NCBI RefSeq assembly: GCF_036321535.1
Contig: NC_087437.1
Location: 119,910,001 to 119,974,000, forward strand
Source: Camelus dromedarius
Taxonomy: Eukaryota
DNA: 64,000 bases
Direction: 5' to 3'
Within the stretch, counting starts at the first letter, position 1; every line of letters starts with the position of its first letter. The notes beneath the pieces were generated by a model, which ran no database searches, was not told the origin of the DNA, and saw only the letters and a list, made by a program, of their open reading frames with translations. Shown here one piece after another: positions 1 through 11,153 of the stretch. The position numbers were made by a program, and so were the translations under genes.

Positions 1-1164
1 GTGCGGCCGGCTGCTGGCCCGGCCTCCACCAGCACATCCCAGGGGAGACTGGGAGGGGTTCCGGCGCATCCAAAAGCCTGCAGCTGCCTGCGGTGGCAGC
101 CGGAGGTGCTCAGAGACGGAGCCCTGGCCTCTGGCACATCTGGGCACGTCGTGGATTTTGGAGTGCTGGCAGCGAGGATGGCACTTGAAGCCTCAACAGC
201 CCGCCAGCCCCCGAAACTGCATCTGGCCGCCCCCGGAGCAGCTCGCATCCCGGGAACATCAGGACTCCAGGTGGTGGTGGCTCACCTCTCCCCCTCCACG
301 CGGGGGTGACGCGCGCCTGGCGTCGCCTGGGGCCGCGTCCGGCGTCCTCCGATCACACACACCACACGGAGGTGGCTGAGCGCCAGCTTGAAGCTGCGGG
401 GCCTCCGGTCTCTCAGGCGTCCTCCACACTCTCCACCACCCGGCCACCCAGACCCCAACCCGCTGCCACGTCCGGGCCGCCAGCACGAGAGCAGATGCAC
501 AGACGTGTCACTCCTGCTCCGGAGCCGCCACGGAAGCGGCACCAGATGGTTTCGTCTGCCCGTCACCTCTGCCTCTTGACTGTGATTTCACAGCAAACAT
601 TTCAGCTCCTCGGGGTTGCCCGGAACCCAGAATGGGCGGGTGGAGCAAAGGTGTCAGGCGGTGAGAGATCAGAGCTACAGCGTCCAGTCCCAAGGGCCAG
701 CATCCAGGACGATGTGGGGACCAGAAGCTCTGGACAGTGAGCCCCCTGGCTGGCGATAGAGCTGCCGGCAAAGCTAGGGGGATCCGGGCAGCAGCCTGGA
801 CACCAGCCCTCCCGTCCTCAGGCCGGGACCCTGCACCCTGACCATCCTGTAAGGGGCTTCTTCAAGGCTCTGGAGTCCAAGCCCCGGGCCCAGTCTGCCC
901 GTGTGCTGCCCCCTCGAGGAAGACGGGTGTGTGGTTACCTTCAGGGACTTTCCATCTGGGACATCACCCCAGTTCCCACTGCATGGGGGAGCGGGGCAGG
1001 GGGGCGGTTTCCAGTTTTCCAGGTGGACTCTTTGTGATGCCACGGAAGCCTCTGCTCCCTAAGGTGTTCCTTTCATGGACACTGATGCCTGGTCATGGGG
1101 TTGGATTTGCAAAACCGCAGCCGACTTGTGTGTCCAGTTCTCCTACACTGAGTAACAAGTGGAA

Positions 1165-1532
1165 ATGAGTTTTCCTCAGCGTGTGCCCTGTAACAAACAC
1201 CACAGGCGCTGGGGGAGCGGGGTGGGGGCTTCCAAAGAATGGGAGAAACCTGTTCTCACAGTCTGGAGGCTGGAAGTCCAAGATCAAGGTGTAGGCAGGG
1301 CCAGTTCCGTCTGAGGCCTCTCCCCTCGGCGTGCAGATGGCCGTCTCCTCCTGTGTCCTCACATGGTCGTCCCCCGTGCGTGTCTGTGTCCTGGTCTCTT
1401 CTCATAAGGACGCCAGTCCTAGCAGACGAGGGCCCACCTCAGTCACCTGCTTCAAGGCCCTCTCTCCAAACTGTCTCACTGGGGTCAGGGCCTCAACACA
1501 ATGATTTGGGGGTCACAGTTCAGCCCCTAAGA
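1165..1532 (-). mobile_element. MaLR solo LTR (MLT1A/B-like)
   Basis: Recalled MLT1 motifs: ctcacagtctggaggctggaagtccaagatcaaggtg, tcctcacatggtc, cacagttcagccc. Boundaries approximate. Confidence 0.75.
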
Positions 1533-2486
1533 CACCCTTTTGGGAGGAGGTCACCCGGTGAACAGAGGCAGACAGGAAGCAGTGCCTGTGCAGACACTGG
1601 GGCGGTGGGTGATGGGACGGACGGAGGGCACAGGGGTGGGACCTGGGGGGCGGGGGGAGTGCGGCCGGTGTCTGCCCTCTGCCCCCAGCTGATTCTGTGT
1701 CGTCCCGGCTTGGCAGATCCCCATCCCCCCTGGGCTCTCGCCCAAGACCTGCCTTCCCAGAAAGCAAAGCCCACTGGGTCAAACTCTCACTTTTGAAAAA
1801 TCATTTAATCTTTCTTCCCTAGCCTAATTAGATGCGAAGCTCTGAGGGGTGTTTAAACAGATGGCAACCGTAAATCCTCTTTGGGACTGGAAACAAAATC
1901 AGTTCCAGCTTGAGCGGGGATTTCTGGACAAGGCAGCTCAGAGGGGAAGTGCCCCAGAAGGAGGGCCGGCTTCTGGGCACTGCAGTTAACACATTAAAGA
2001 GCGTGACCCCGCCGCCGGGGGCCGCTGGGGAGCGGGGTGCCGCACGTCTGGGATGTGCGTCCTCGAGCTCCTCCATCTCCCAGCCTCAGGCACGTCCAGG
2101 GCCAGGTCTGGTGAGGATGGAACTGAGTCCCGGAACCTCACACTGTGAAGCCGACTCCCTGAGATGGTCCCTCACGTGAATAAATAAGTGAAATCCTTTC
2201 CAATGCGGTCATTGGGTGCGGTGTCCCTCTCACCCGGCGTGTCCCCTCCTGCAGAGAATCCCATTGACTTCTGAACCCCGACTGTTCTTTCAAGCCCCCA
2301 CATCCTTTCAGGGGATCCTGAAAACCCCCAGTCAGCAGGCTTCGCTCTCCAGGACCCCCAGGAGGGGAGGACTCGCCTGGGGACCGGCCTGGAGAAGCCA
2401 CCCGGCTTTCCTGCAGGCTTTCCCGGGCCGTGGGGGCCTGGCCTGGCCCGGTCATGCTGTTGACCGTCCTGCTTCTGTGCCCGCAG

Positions 2487-2573
2487 ATGCTCAGCTGCTT
2501 AGAGCACATGTACCACGACCTGGGCCTGGTCAGAGACTTCAGCATCAACCCTGTCACGCTCAAGAGGTGGCTG
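2487..2573 (+). CDS. PDE9A: PDE9A internal coding exon ([29 protein letters not shown])
   Basis: ccgcag| acceptor and |gtgagt donor; 87 nt, phase 0/0; peptide matches the recalled N-terminal part of the PDE9A catalytic domain. Upstream exons were not found in 1-2486. Confidence 0.95.
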
Positions 2574-2667
2574 GTGAGTGTCAGGCCCTCCTGACCCTGC
2601 ACACGGTTTCACAGAGTCCCACGGGAATGGCCCGTGGGCGCCTCCCTGATGGAGATGCACGAGGCAG

Positions 2668-2957
2668 CATGTGTGTTGGGGGGGTGTCATGCACACGTGT
2701 GTCTGTGCATGTGTGCATGTGTTCCTGGGTACGTGTGTGTACATGTGCGGGCATCTGTGTGTGTGCATTTGTGACTGCATGTGTACATGTGGGGTGTGTG
2801 CACAATTGTGAGTGCAGGCGCCTGCGTGTTTGTGGGGGTACATGTGTAAGTGTATGCATGTGAGTGTGTATTTGTGGTGTGTGCACGTGTGTGTATGAGT
2901 GTGTGAGGTGTACATGTGGGGAAGGATACCGGTACGTGTGTAAAGGAGTGTGTGTTT
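2668..2957. repeat. degenerate (TG)n/TGCA low-complexity tract in a PDE9A intron
   Basis: ~290 bp of gtgtgcatgtgtg-type alternating sequence. Confidence 0.85.
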
Positions 2958-3298
2958 CGCAGCAGATCTTTCTTTAAAACACAGTATTGCTCAGAACCAA
3001 ACGTTATAAGCGTGTTGAAGGTTTGCTGGTGACTGGAGCCCCTCACGTACCCCCAGCCCCCTCCCAGCTTCAGGTCCCCGGATGGCCCCTCTGGGGATGG
3101 CTCAGTCCACGGGCCCAGAGTGGAAGCCACAGCGTGGCCCTGGGACGCCCTCAGGCCCCAGGGCCCCCTGTCCGCACCCTGGGGAAATGGGAGGCCCAGG
3201 CCAGGAGCAGGCAGTTGGCGACAGGGACAAAGTGCCCGGAGCCTGGAGAGGCGGCGGGCGATGGGGCTGAGGCTGGACCCTGCCCTCTCATCCCACAG

Positions 3299-3403
3299 CT
3301 CTGCGTGCACGACAACTACCGGAACAACCCCTTCCACAACTTCCGGCACTGCTTCTGCGTCGCCCAGATGATGTACAGCATGGTCTGGCTCTGCGGGCTC
3401 CAG
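3299..3403 (+). CDS. PDE9A: PDE9A exon ([35 protein letters not shown])
   Basis: ccacag| and |gtgtgc; 105 nt; contains the class I PDE HNxxH metal-binding motif (FHNFRH). Confidence 0.97.
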
Positions 3404-3629
3404 GTGTGCGGGGCGGGGGGGGGGTCCTCCCCTCCCTGGGAGCCCCGCCCCTCCCTGGAGCCACACCCATCCCTGGGAGCCCCGCCCCCGCCTGTGTCCA
3501 TGACAAGCGCCCCGCCCTCCTCCCCCTCCTGACCCAGAGAGGTGGGTCCCCTCCCACTTGGCCTCGGCCCACCCGGATCCCACCAGGTTACGCCCCCTCC
3601 TCACCCCACCCACCCTCTCTCTGATCCAG

Positions 3630-3712
3630 GAGAAGTTTTCCCAGATGGATATCTTGATCCTGATGACAGCAGCCATCTGCCATGATTTGGACCATCCCGG
3701 CTACAACAACAC
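3630..3712 (+). CDS. PDE9A: PDE9A exon ([28 protein letters not shown])
   Basis: atccag| and |gtatgt; 83 nt, ends in phase 2; PDEase signature [10 protein letters not shown]. Confidence 0.97.
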
Positions 3713-4833
3713 GTATGTTCGGGGTCTTTATCTCCTTTTTCCCCCTCAAGGGCACTCTGAGCATCAGAGGTGAACTTTCCAGCTCAACGCTCTGCAAGTT
3801 CCAAGCTGCAGCTGTCGGTGAAGGCTTCTCAAGCCCCCAGCTCCACCTCCGTGGGACATGGCTCCCCGATTTGGGGCTTTGTCCAGGGCCTTGACTCCTA
3901 GGACAGGACCCCTGAGGGGCTGACACACCCCTTTGTGGTCCCAGCCCCAAGTCTGCATCTGCACAGGCAGAGCCTGGCAGCAGCAGAACCTCGCTTCCCC
4001 CCAAAGCAAGGAGTGACGCCCGCCCACATGTGGACCTTGTTCTCTGGGTCTCACTCCCCCAAGGGCAGCCTCCCAAGTGAGCAGAGAGAAGGGGCTAAGA
4101 CTTACTGAGTCAGAGAAGGGTATGGACGAGTGAGAGGTGGGAGGGTCCAAGGCAGGGCAGGGCGCAGGGGCCAGGAGGACCGGCCAGCTTTGCTGGACCG
4201 CACATCCAGTCCCGCCTCTGGGGGCGAGGCACAGAGATCCACCCCAAGTACCTGCCGGAGTCCGGGCCACGTGGTGTTGGTTTGTGTTCGCAGCGATGCA
4301 TGGGTTGTTCTGTTGAATCTGTGTGTTCGTGTTCCGAATTTTATTGTGTGTGATGACACCGGATACGCCAAAGAACCGGGCGGTGGTTTGTCAGGACCAG
4401 AGCGGATCCCAGGGCGGGGACGTCTGTGCTCCCCAGAGGAGGCGGCGTCCCCTCACCTCACACTCGGAGGATGTGCCGAGGACAGGCCAGCCAAGGGCCG
4501 AGCCCACAGCCTCTGACGTGAAAATACATCCTGACCCCCCACCACCACAAACTGAAAATGCTCATGGGGCCTGACCACCCTCAGGGCATGTGGCGGGGAG
4601 GCCCTGAGGCTTCTTGGTGGCATCTGCCATTAGTACTGTGACATCTTGGGGGCATCTAGTTAGCAGGCAGCAGAACATCAGGAGAAGAGGGTTCTGGGCA
4701 CCAGCAGGGTGTGGTCGCCCCCAATAGCCCCATCACTTCCAGCCTCTAAACACCCGGGCGCTGCTGCCCTGACTCACAGGGGCCTCCAAGTGCGGGTGCC
4801 TGAGGCTCCCTCTGCTCTCTCCTGCGATCCCAG

Positions 4834-4990
4834 GTACCAGATCAACGCCCGCACGGAGCTGGCTGTCCGCTACAATGACATCTCGCCCCTGGAGAACCAC
4901 CACTGTGCCGTGGCCTTCCAGATCCTCACCCAGCCTGAGTGCAACATCTTCTCCAATGTGCAGCCGGACAGCTTCCGGCAGATCAGACAG
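4834..4990 (+). CDS. PDE9A: PDE9A exon ([52 protein letters not shown])
   Basis: tcccag| and |gtgtgc; 157 nt; first base completes the ACG codon; LENHH motif. Confidence 0.97.
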
Positions 4991-5659
4991 GTGTGCGGGG
5001 TGGGGGCTCGCTGCTGCAGAGCGGGGGTTTCGGGGGAGACGGTGAGCAGGACCAGAGAGTGGAAGCCCCCTCTGCTGTGGCTGAGGCTCCCGGGAGCTCT
5101 GAAGCACAGCTGTGCCCACCAGGCACCCTGGGGAACAAACCTGCCCACCTCCTCCAAGACCACGTGACCCCAGGAAGAGGTGTGCACGTGGCGTGCACAC
5201 CTGCGTGGGCTTCCACGCAGCTGCACCTCATGGCCACCATTTACTTTAACCCTTTGAGACAAGTCCTTTCTGATGTCGCAGCCCAGGAAAGCGAGGCTGA
5301 CAGAGAGGAGGTAACTCGCTCACCCAAGGAGGCCGAGTGTGTCCATGTGGGCCCTGGACAGACACGTCTGCTCCGTCCAGCAGGGCAGAACCCTGGCCGC
5401 TGGCCCCTAGGCCCCCTCCTGTCCCCGGCCACCCCGTGAGCCCCCCACCTCCCACTTCAGAGAAGAGACCTTTCACTCCTCAGGGCACATTGGGAGGAGG
5501 ATGAGGGTAGCCACCTGTCCTCAGGCAGACCTTCCAAGTCACCAAAAGTGGTGCCCCCACACACAGGGGGTCCCACTGAACACCGCCCTGTGCTTCACCC
5601 TCCGACACTTTTGGTGGGGGCGGGGGGGTGATGTGAGAATCACATCCTGAGGAGCGAGG

Positions 5660-6100
5660 CGGGCTGAATGGTAGCCCCTCCAACCAATAAAAAAAGATAT
5701 GTCCACCTCCTGACCCCCCAGGACCTGTGACTTATTTAGAAAAAGAGTCTTTGCAGGTTTAATTAAATTAGGAGCTCTGGGTTAGATTATCCAGGTGGGC
5801 TCAATCCAATGCCAAGTGTCCTTATAAGAGACACACAGAGGAGGGACACAGACACGGAGAGGCTGTGTGACGACAGAGGCAGAGACGGGAGTGATGCGGA
5901 CACAAGCCATGGAGCGCCAGGGGTGGGGAGTCGGGGGGCACCAGAAACAGGAGACGTCAGGGAATGGAGCCTCCAGAGGGCAGGCTCCCCAGCCTCTGCG
6001 GGTCTCAGTGTCTTTGTGAACATGAGGACGGGGATTCCGAGGCACGCCCACAGCGCTGGCGTGAGGACCAGCTGAAGTGATGTGGGCGGCCCCGCACACA
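5660..6100 (+). mobile_element. MaLR solo LTR (MLT1C/D-like)
   Basis: ggctgaatggt..cc..aaagatatgtccac, aagagtctttgcag, gattatccaggtgggctcaatccaat, gtccttataagaga, gagtgatgcgg..acaagcca. Confidence 0.75.
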
Positions 6101-6167
6101 GTCGGCACTCACTGCCCAGCTGTCGAGATCGTGCCCCGTGTTGACGCTTTGCTGTTTTGCTTCTCAG

Positions 6168-6281
6168 GGGATGATCACGTTAATCTTGGCCACGGACATG
6201 GCAAGACACGCAGAGATTATGGATTCTTTCAAGGAAAAAATGGAGAATTTTGACTACAGCAATGAGGAGCACGTGACCCTC
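6168..6281 (+). CDS. PDE9A: PDE9A exon ([38 protein letters not shown])
   Basis: tctcag| and |gtacgc; 114 nt; ILATDM motif. Confidence 0.96.
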
Positions 6282-8698
6282 GTACGCAGGCTTGTCTTCC
6301 CTCTTTGGGGGCTGGTGGGTGAGTCCCACCCTCCGGCTCAGACTGGAAACCAAGAAGCCAAAATTCATAACCTCGCCTCGGAGTGAGGTGTCGCTGTCAC
6401 AGCTCTTACCGGGAAAGCCCCCTGGCGGGACCCCCCCCCAGGTTAAAGGCAGCCTTTTCCTGTTCCTCCATCTCATTCTGATTTGAGGGCAATGAGTGGG
6501 TGAAGGCAGTCCCTCTGGCTCTGGTTTGCTGAGAATAAAGTTGGTTCTCCCATGAAGGCCCAGCCCCAGAAAACACACTGAATCCCAGCCTCTGGGCAAG
6601 CACCTTGGGGACCCGGTGGGACCCCACGCCTCCCACCTGTGCCCCCACCAGCTACATTTCAGGGCGCCCCCTGCATAACCAGGGCGGGGGGACCAGAGAA
6701 GGGCGGGAACCTCACCCATGACGGGGGTGTGCCCACATCTGCCCTTCGGAGAAGGGAAAACTCGGGAAGACTTCCCGCCTTGGTCTCCAGAGAGAGACGG
6801 GGTTGGTTCTGCGAGCCTGGTCTAAGGGCGAGGTCTACTCTCTGACAGCCTCGCTCTCTCAAAAGTGTTACCATCCACACCGTCACTTCCGTCACCATGT
6901 GTTCATCAGCAAGGACAGTCCTCTTCGATCTGGCTGGACTTCTGACCATCCTGTCCTCAGGAGGGGCTCGTCCATTCCACAAAACTGAATTATGGCTAAT
7001 ACACACAGTGTGCAGGGGAGGACCTCCAGTTTTTAATAACTGAACAGCGGGAGAGCCTGTCCCCCCAAGTCAGGGCCTCCCAAAGCATCCCATCCCAGAT
7101 GGAAGAGAGAGATGCAGTCTGGTGTAGGGAGTTCCTTGTTCCTGGAAACAGTGGGACGGGGGAGGTACCACCCTGCCCTCTAAGATGCCGAGAAGGCTGA
7201 GCAGGGTCTGGGCGGGGACACCTCTGGAGATGGAAGATGGAAGGGCAGACCAGCCCCATCCATTGCCAGTTCTTTGCAGAGGAAAGGCCAGCTGGGACGG
7301 AGAGATGGGGCAGGAACCCAGAATGTGGCGCTGCCAGTGTTGAGGGGTCACTTAGGACAGCGGGCCACTCAGAGAGTGACCATCACGTCTTTGCAGGCCA
7401 GGGGCAGAGAGAGGCATGGGCTCCCCAGGGCCCCATCCATCCACACCCCACTGCCCCCCACCCCAGGGTGAGTGTCAGTGACCTGCACACGGACGGAGGG
7501 AGTTAGTCTCCTGGGAAGACGAGGACGTGGCCGGGTGTGGGGCATGCAGGGGGCACCATCTGGGGCTGGTGTCTGGGAAGGCTGGCAGGAGGGGCCAGGG
7601 CAGGACCTGGACGGTCACACGTCCAGACGTGGGCGGCGAGGAGGAGGGGGCTTCTGGGGGACAGCAACTCAAGCTGGGCAACAAGTGAAGGACAACGGGG
7701 ACGGTACATCACTGCTTTTGTAGAGCTTTTGGGAGGACTGGAAGAACAGACAGATTTTGATACAGTTCGTGACAAGTCGAGGGTAATTTTTTTAAGTCAC
7801 ACAGTCTGATGCTGTCTGCTCAGGACTGCCGGTCACAACCTAATGTGTGGATGCGGTGCTGCTTATCTGCGCCCCTAGGCGAGCTGCGCTTAGGCTCCCG
7901 GGGAGGCGTCGCGGCCGACTTGCAGCTGCAGCGCTATGGCCGCCGCCTAGCCGCCGGGAGGCTTTGCGATCAGGGCTCTTTGTGTTTTCCTAGCTGTGTT
8001 TTATTTGAAGCCTTTCAAAGGTAGATGGTAAATGAAACACCGTCACAACTGGAAATGTGGGTTAGGCAGCTTTAGGTGAAATTAGTTTTCCCTTTGATAT
8101 AAAAATAAAAGTTTATCCAAGTATGAATTTAAAAAAAAGGCAGGAAGCCCAGGGTCCCGGCAGAGGCCCGGCTAACACGGGGCGGTGCCAGGCTTGGGAC
8201 CAGAGGGCAGAAGCCAAGGCCACCTCGACCCTTGGGTGACTGTGCGCCCCCAGGCTGGGGCAGGATTCTGCCTTGGACGCCCCTTCAGTCAGCAGGCGGG
8301 ACTGTGGTTCCCCATCCTCCTTCCCTCCCCGGTGCTCAGGGAGGGGGTGCCCTCCCTGCTTTTACGTGAGGGTCCCCTTCCCCTCTATTTCCAGCGGGCC
8401 ACGTCTGTGCCCAGGGGCCCCAGGACCCTCCACCTCAGGGGGTTCCTTCCCATTACCTTTTAAAGTCCCGCCTTCTGGCAGTGCTGTGTCTGCGTTTCTT
8501 AGTATTGTCAGCGTCCAGAAGGTACGCTTGAACTTGGCCGTGTGTGGTTTGTGGGACCACCGTCCGTGTTTTAAAGGGGCTTGCCCACGCCTCGAGCCCC
8601 CACCTCTGGGAAGATGCTGACTGCCGGGGGTGCGGTGATGCCCCGCAGCGGCGGGACCAGCCTGCGTGGTGGTGCTGATCCCCCCTCTCTCCCTCTAG

Positions 8699-8803
8699 CT
8701 GAAGATGGTTCTGATAAAGTGCTGTGACATCTCCAACGAGGTCCGCCCGGCGGAGGTGGCCGAGCCCTGGGTGGACTGCTTGCTGGAGGAGTACTTCATG
8801 CAG
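8699..8803 (+). CDS. PDE9A: PDE9A exon ([35 protein letters not shown])
   Basis: ctctag| and |gtaggg; 105 nt; CCDISN motif with the metal-binding Asp, and EEYFMQ. Confidence 0.97.
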
Positions 8804-9456
8804 GTAGGGGCGCTGCCCAGCAGCCACCCTCCCGTGGCTCCTTCCCCCCTTCACTGGGTTCATGTCGGGGACGTGGCAGGCTGGTGCCAGGGTGGCCGCG
8901 TCACCAGCCCCCTGAAGCCGTGACAGCGGGCGCACGTCAGCAGTGAAGTGGGTTGTAATTTGAGGCACAGAAGACGGGGACCAATGGGAGCAGCACGTGT
9001 CAGGCTGCCCCTGTGACCACTGGCTCACCTGCTGAGGGGCCCCCGGGGCCCGCAAGGGCCTGGAGCGGGAACCGTGGAGGCAGAGGGCACCCAGGGGAGG
9101 TCAGTCAGCAGCTGTTCCCGGGAGGCTCTGGGACAGACAGCCAAGCCAGCCCAAGATGGAAGATGCTGGAAGGGACAATAAGCCGCTTGTTACAGCAGCC
9201 TGAGGAGCCGTGGGGGTTGGGGGCCTGCGGCTGAGCCCCAGCCCCCCAACCCCAACCCCGGCACAAGCCTGCAGGCCCAGCTGGGCAGCACGCAAGGCGG
9301 CGTCCTCTTCCCCCGTGACCACCGAGGTGCTGGCCGCGCGGCGGGTCCCCCTGGCCTGGTAGCTGTTTTCTCTTTCTCGCGGGATGTTGACCCTGAAAGC
9401 TCCCAGATTCGGATGGTTTTCTGTCTTAAACGTCGTGTCTCCTGCATTCCCCGCAG

Positions 9457-9585
9457 AGCGACCGCGAGAAGTCAGAGGGCCTGCCCGTGGCCCCGTTCAT
9501 GGACCGGGACAAAGTGACCAAAGCCACAGCCCAAATTGGGTTCATCAAGTTCGTCCTGATCCCAATGTTCGAAACGGTGACCAAG
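9457..9585 (+). CDS. PDE9A: PDE9A exon ([43 protein letters not shown])
   Basis: ccgcag| and |gtgagc; 129 nt; contains the invariant substrate-binding Gln (AQIGF). Confidence 0.97.
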
Positions 9586-11057
9586 GTGAGCTGCCATCAC
9601 CACGAGCTGGTGACCCGAGGATGGGAAGTACTTGTGTGTGCACACACAAACACGTGTGCTTGGGCCACCTGCCCAGTGCCCCACCTGAAGTCCCCCCCCC
9701 ACACCTTAACGCCAGCATGTCCAAAACAGACTCCCCTCTTGCCTCCCCACCCATCCCTCCTGCCCCGCCGGCCACGCCAGCAGCAAAGCCTCAGAGCCGC
9801 ACGGCTTCCCCTTCCTCAGCCACCTTGGCCAGGAGAACCTCATCCATGGTGTCTCTGGGAGCCACCCCAGGCCCTCCCTGTCCCAGGGCACCACCCAGGG
9901 GCCTCGTCAGTGCCTCTCCTGCTTGCCTTCAGAAGACCCTTCTCATCTACGCACACCTCCATCTCACCCTACCCCACCCAGCACAGGGCTGGCGCCAGGT
10001 TAGTCCTCAGCCAGGAGATGGTCTCTGCCTCTCTCCTGAACCTTCCATGGTTCCCCACTGCCCCCAACACACGACAAGCCACCCCGCCTTGTTGTGCACA
10101 GTCCCCCACCCTCCCTGGCACTTCCATCTCGCAGGATGGCCCACAGCTCCTGGTCTCACCTTTTCCAAACCTCCACCTCTGAGCTCAGGCGCCCCATGCC
10201 ATCCCCAGTGGCCTTCCATAACTGCCTCAATGTGTCCTTCCACCACACTGTCGCTTCTCTAAGAACCCACCTTCCTGTATGAGCATTCCTTCCACAACCA
10301 CAGACCTCGCCTGGGCCGGCAGGTGCAGGGGCACAGTGAGGGGATGACGGACCTGCTCTCCTCCAGTTGCAGGAGCAGAGCTGGGGCTGGAGAAGCCTGG
10401 GAGCACTGCAGCTGAGAGCTATGTGCCCAGGGTTCCATGGGGCAGGGATACCAGGGGCACGCCTCCCTGGAGCTGGGGAGGTCGCAGGTGAGGGGGCAGG
10501 TAGCACCCTCGGAGCTGAGTCTTAAAGACAAATGGATGTTCGCCAGGTGGGCCCGGCACAGCGGGAGCTGCAGGCGGGAGGCAGGGCCGGGCCAGGATGT
10601 GCTGTGAGCAGAGCCGGGGCCCGGGGCCCCCCAGGGGGATGGCCTCGCTCCTCCGGCCACAGGGCCGTCAGCAGCTAGTGGGTGAGGTTGGCGTTTGGAT
10701 GATGAGAGTCTGCAGGATGGACAGTCGGGAGTCCCAGGAGATAGAAGGAGGAGAGCAGCTTCTGCCAGGTCTACGTGGAAAACGTGAGAGAAGGAAACAG
10801 CTCAGGTGCGTGGGTGGCAGCCTCGCGGGCTCCATCCAGGAGGGCTTCCAGGAGCCATTGACCAGACGGCATCAAACCTTGGGCACCTTGGATTCTGCCG
10901 CAGCCACGGCCCAGGAGCCTCCAAAGGTCCCCTTGGACAGAAGCACGTTTCCCATTCGGCTGGTCCCCCCAGACGCACGGGACCTGGCGCAGTTTTGCTC
11001 ACGCATTTTCCGTAAGGAGGACGGACTGTTGATGGCATCCGTCTGTGTCTCTCCCAG

Positions 11058-11153
11058 CTCTTCCCTGCAGTCGAGGAGCTCATGCTGCAGCCCCTGTGGG
11101 AATCCAGAGATCGCTATGAGGAGCTGAAGCAAATAGACGACGCCATGAAGGAG
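11058..11153 (+). CDS. PDE9A: PDE9A exon ([32 protein letters not shown])
   Basis: tcccag| and |gtgaga; 96 nt; matches the recalled PDE9A C-terminal helix. Confidence 0.95.

Noticed and set aside
2687..3676. 329-aa minus-strand ORF and other long GC-rich ORFs (9384-10262, 18816-19686, 50471-51316, 54227-55006)
   Set aside because: These are antisense shadows of real exons, or chance ORFs in stop-poor GC-rich or simple-repeat DNA; low-complexity P/G/R/A composition and no recognisable domain.
8748..8753. PDE9A RPAEV versus recalled human RPMEV as a functional change
   Set aside because: All metal-binding and substrate-pocket motifs I can recognise are intact, and I have no evidence this position matters.
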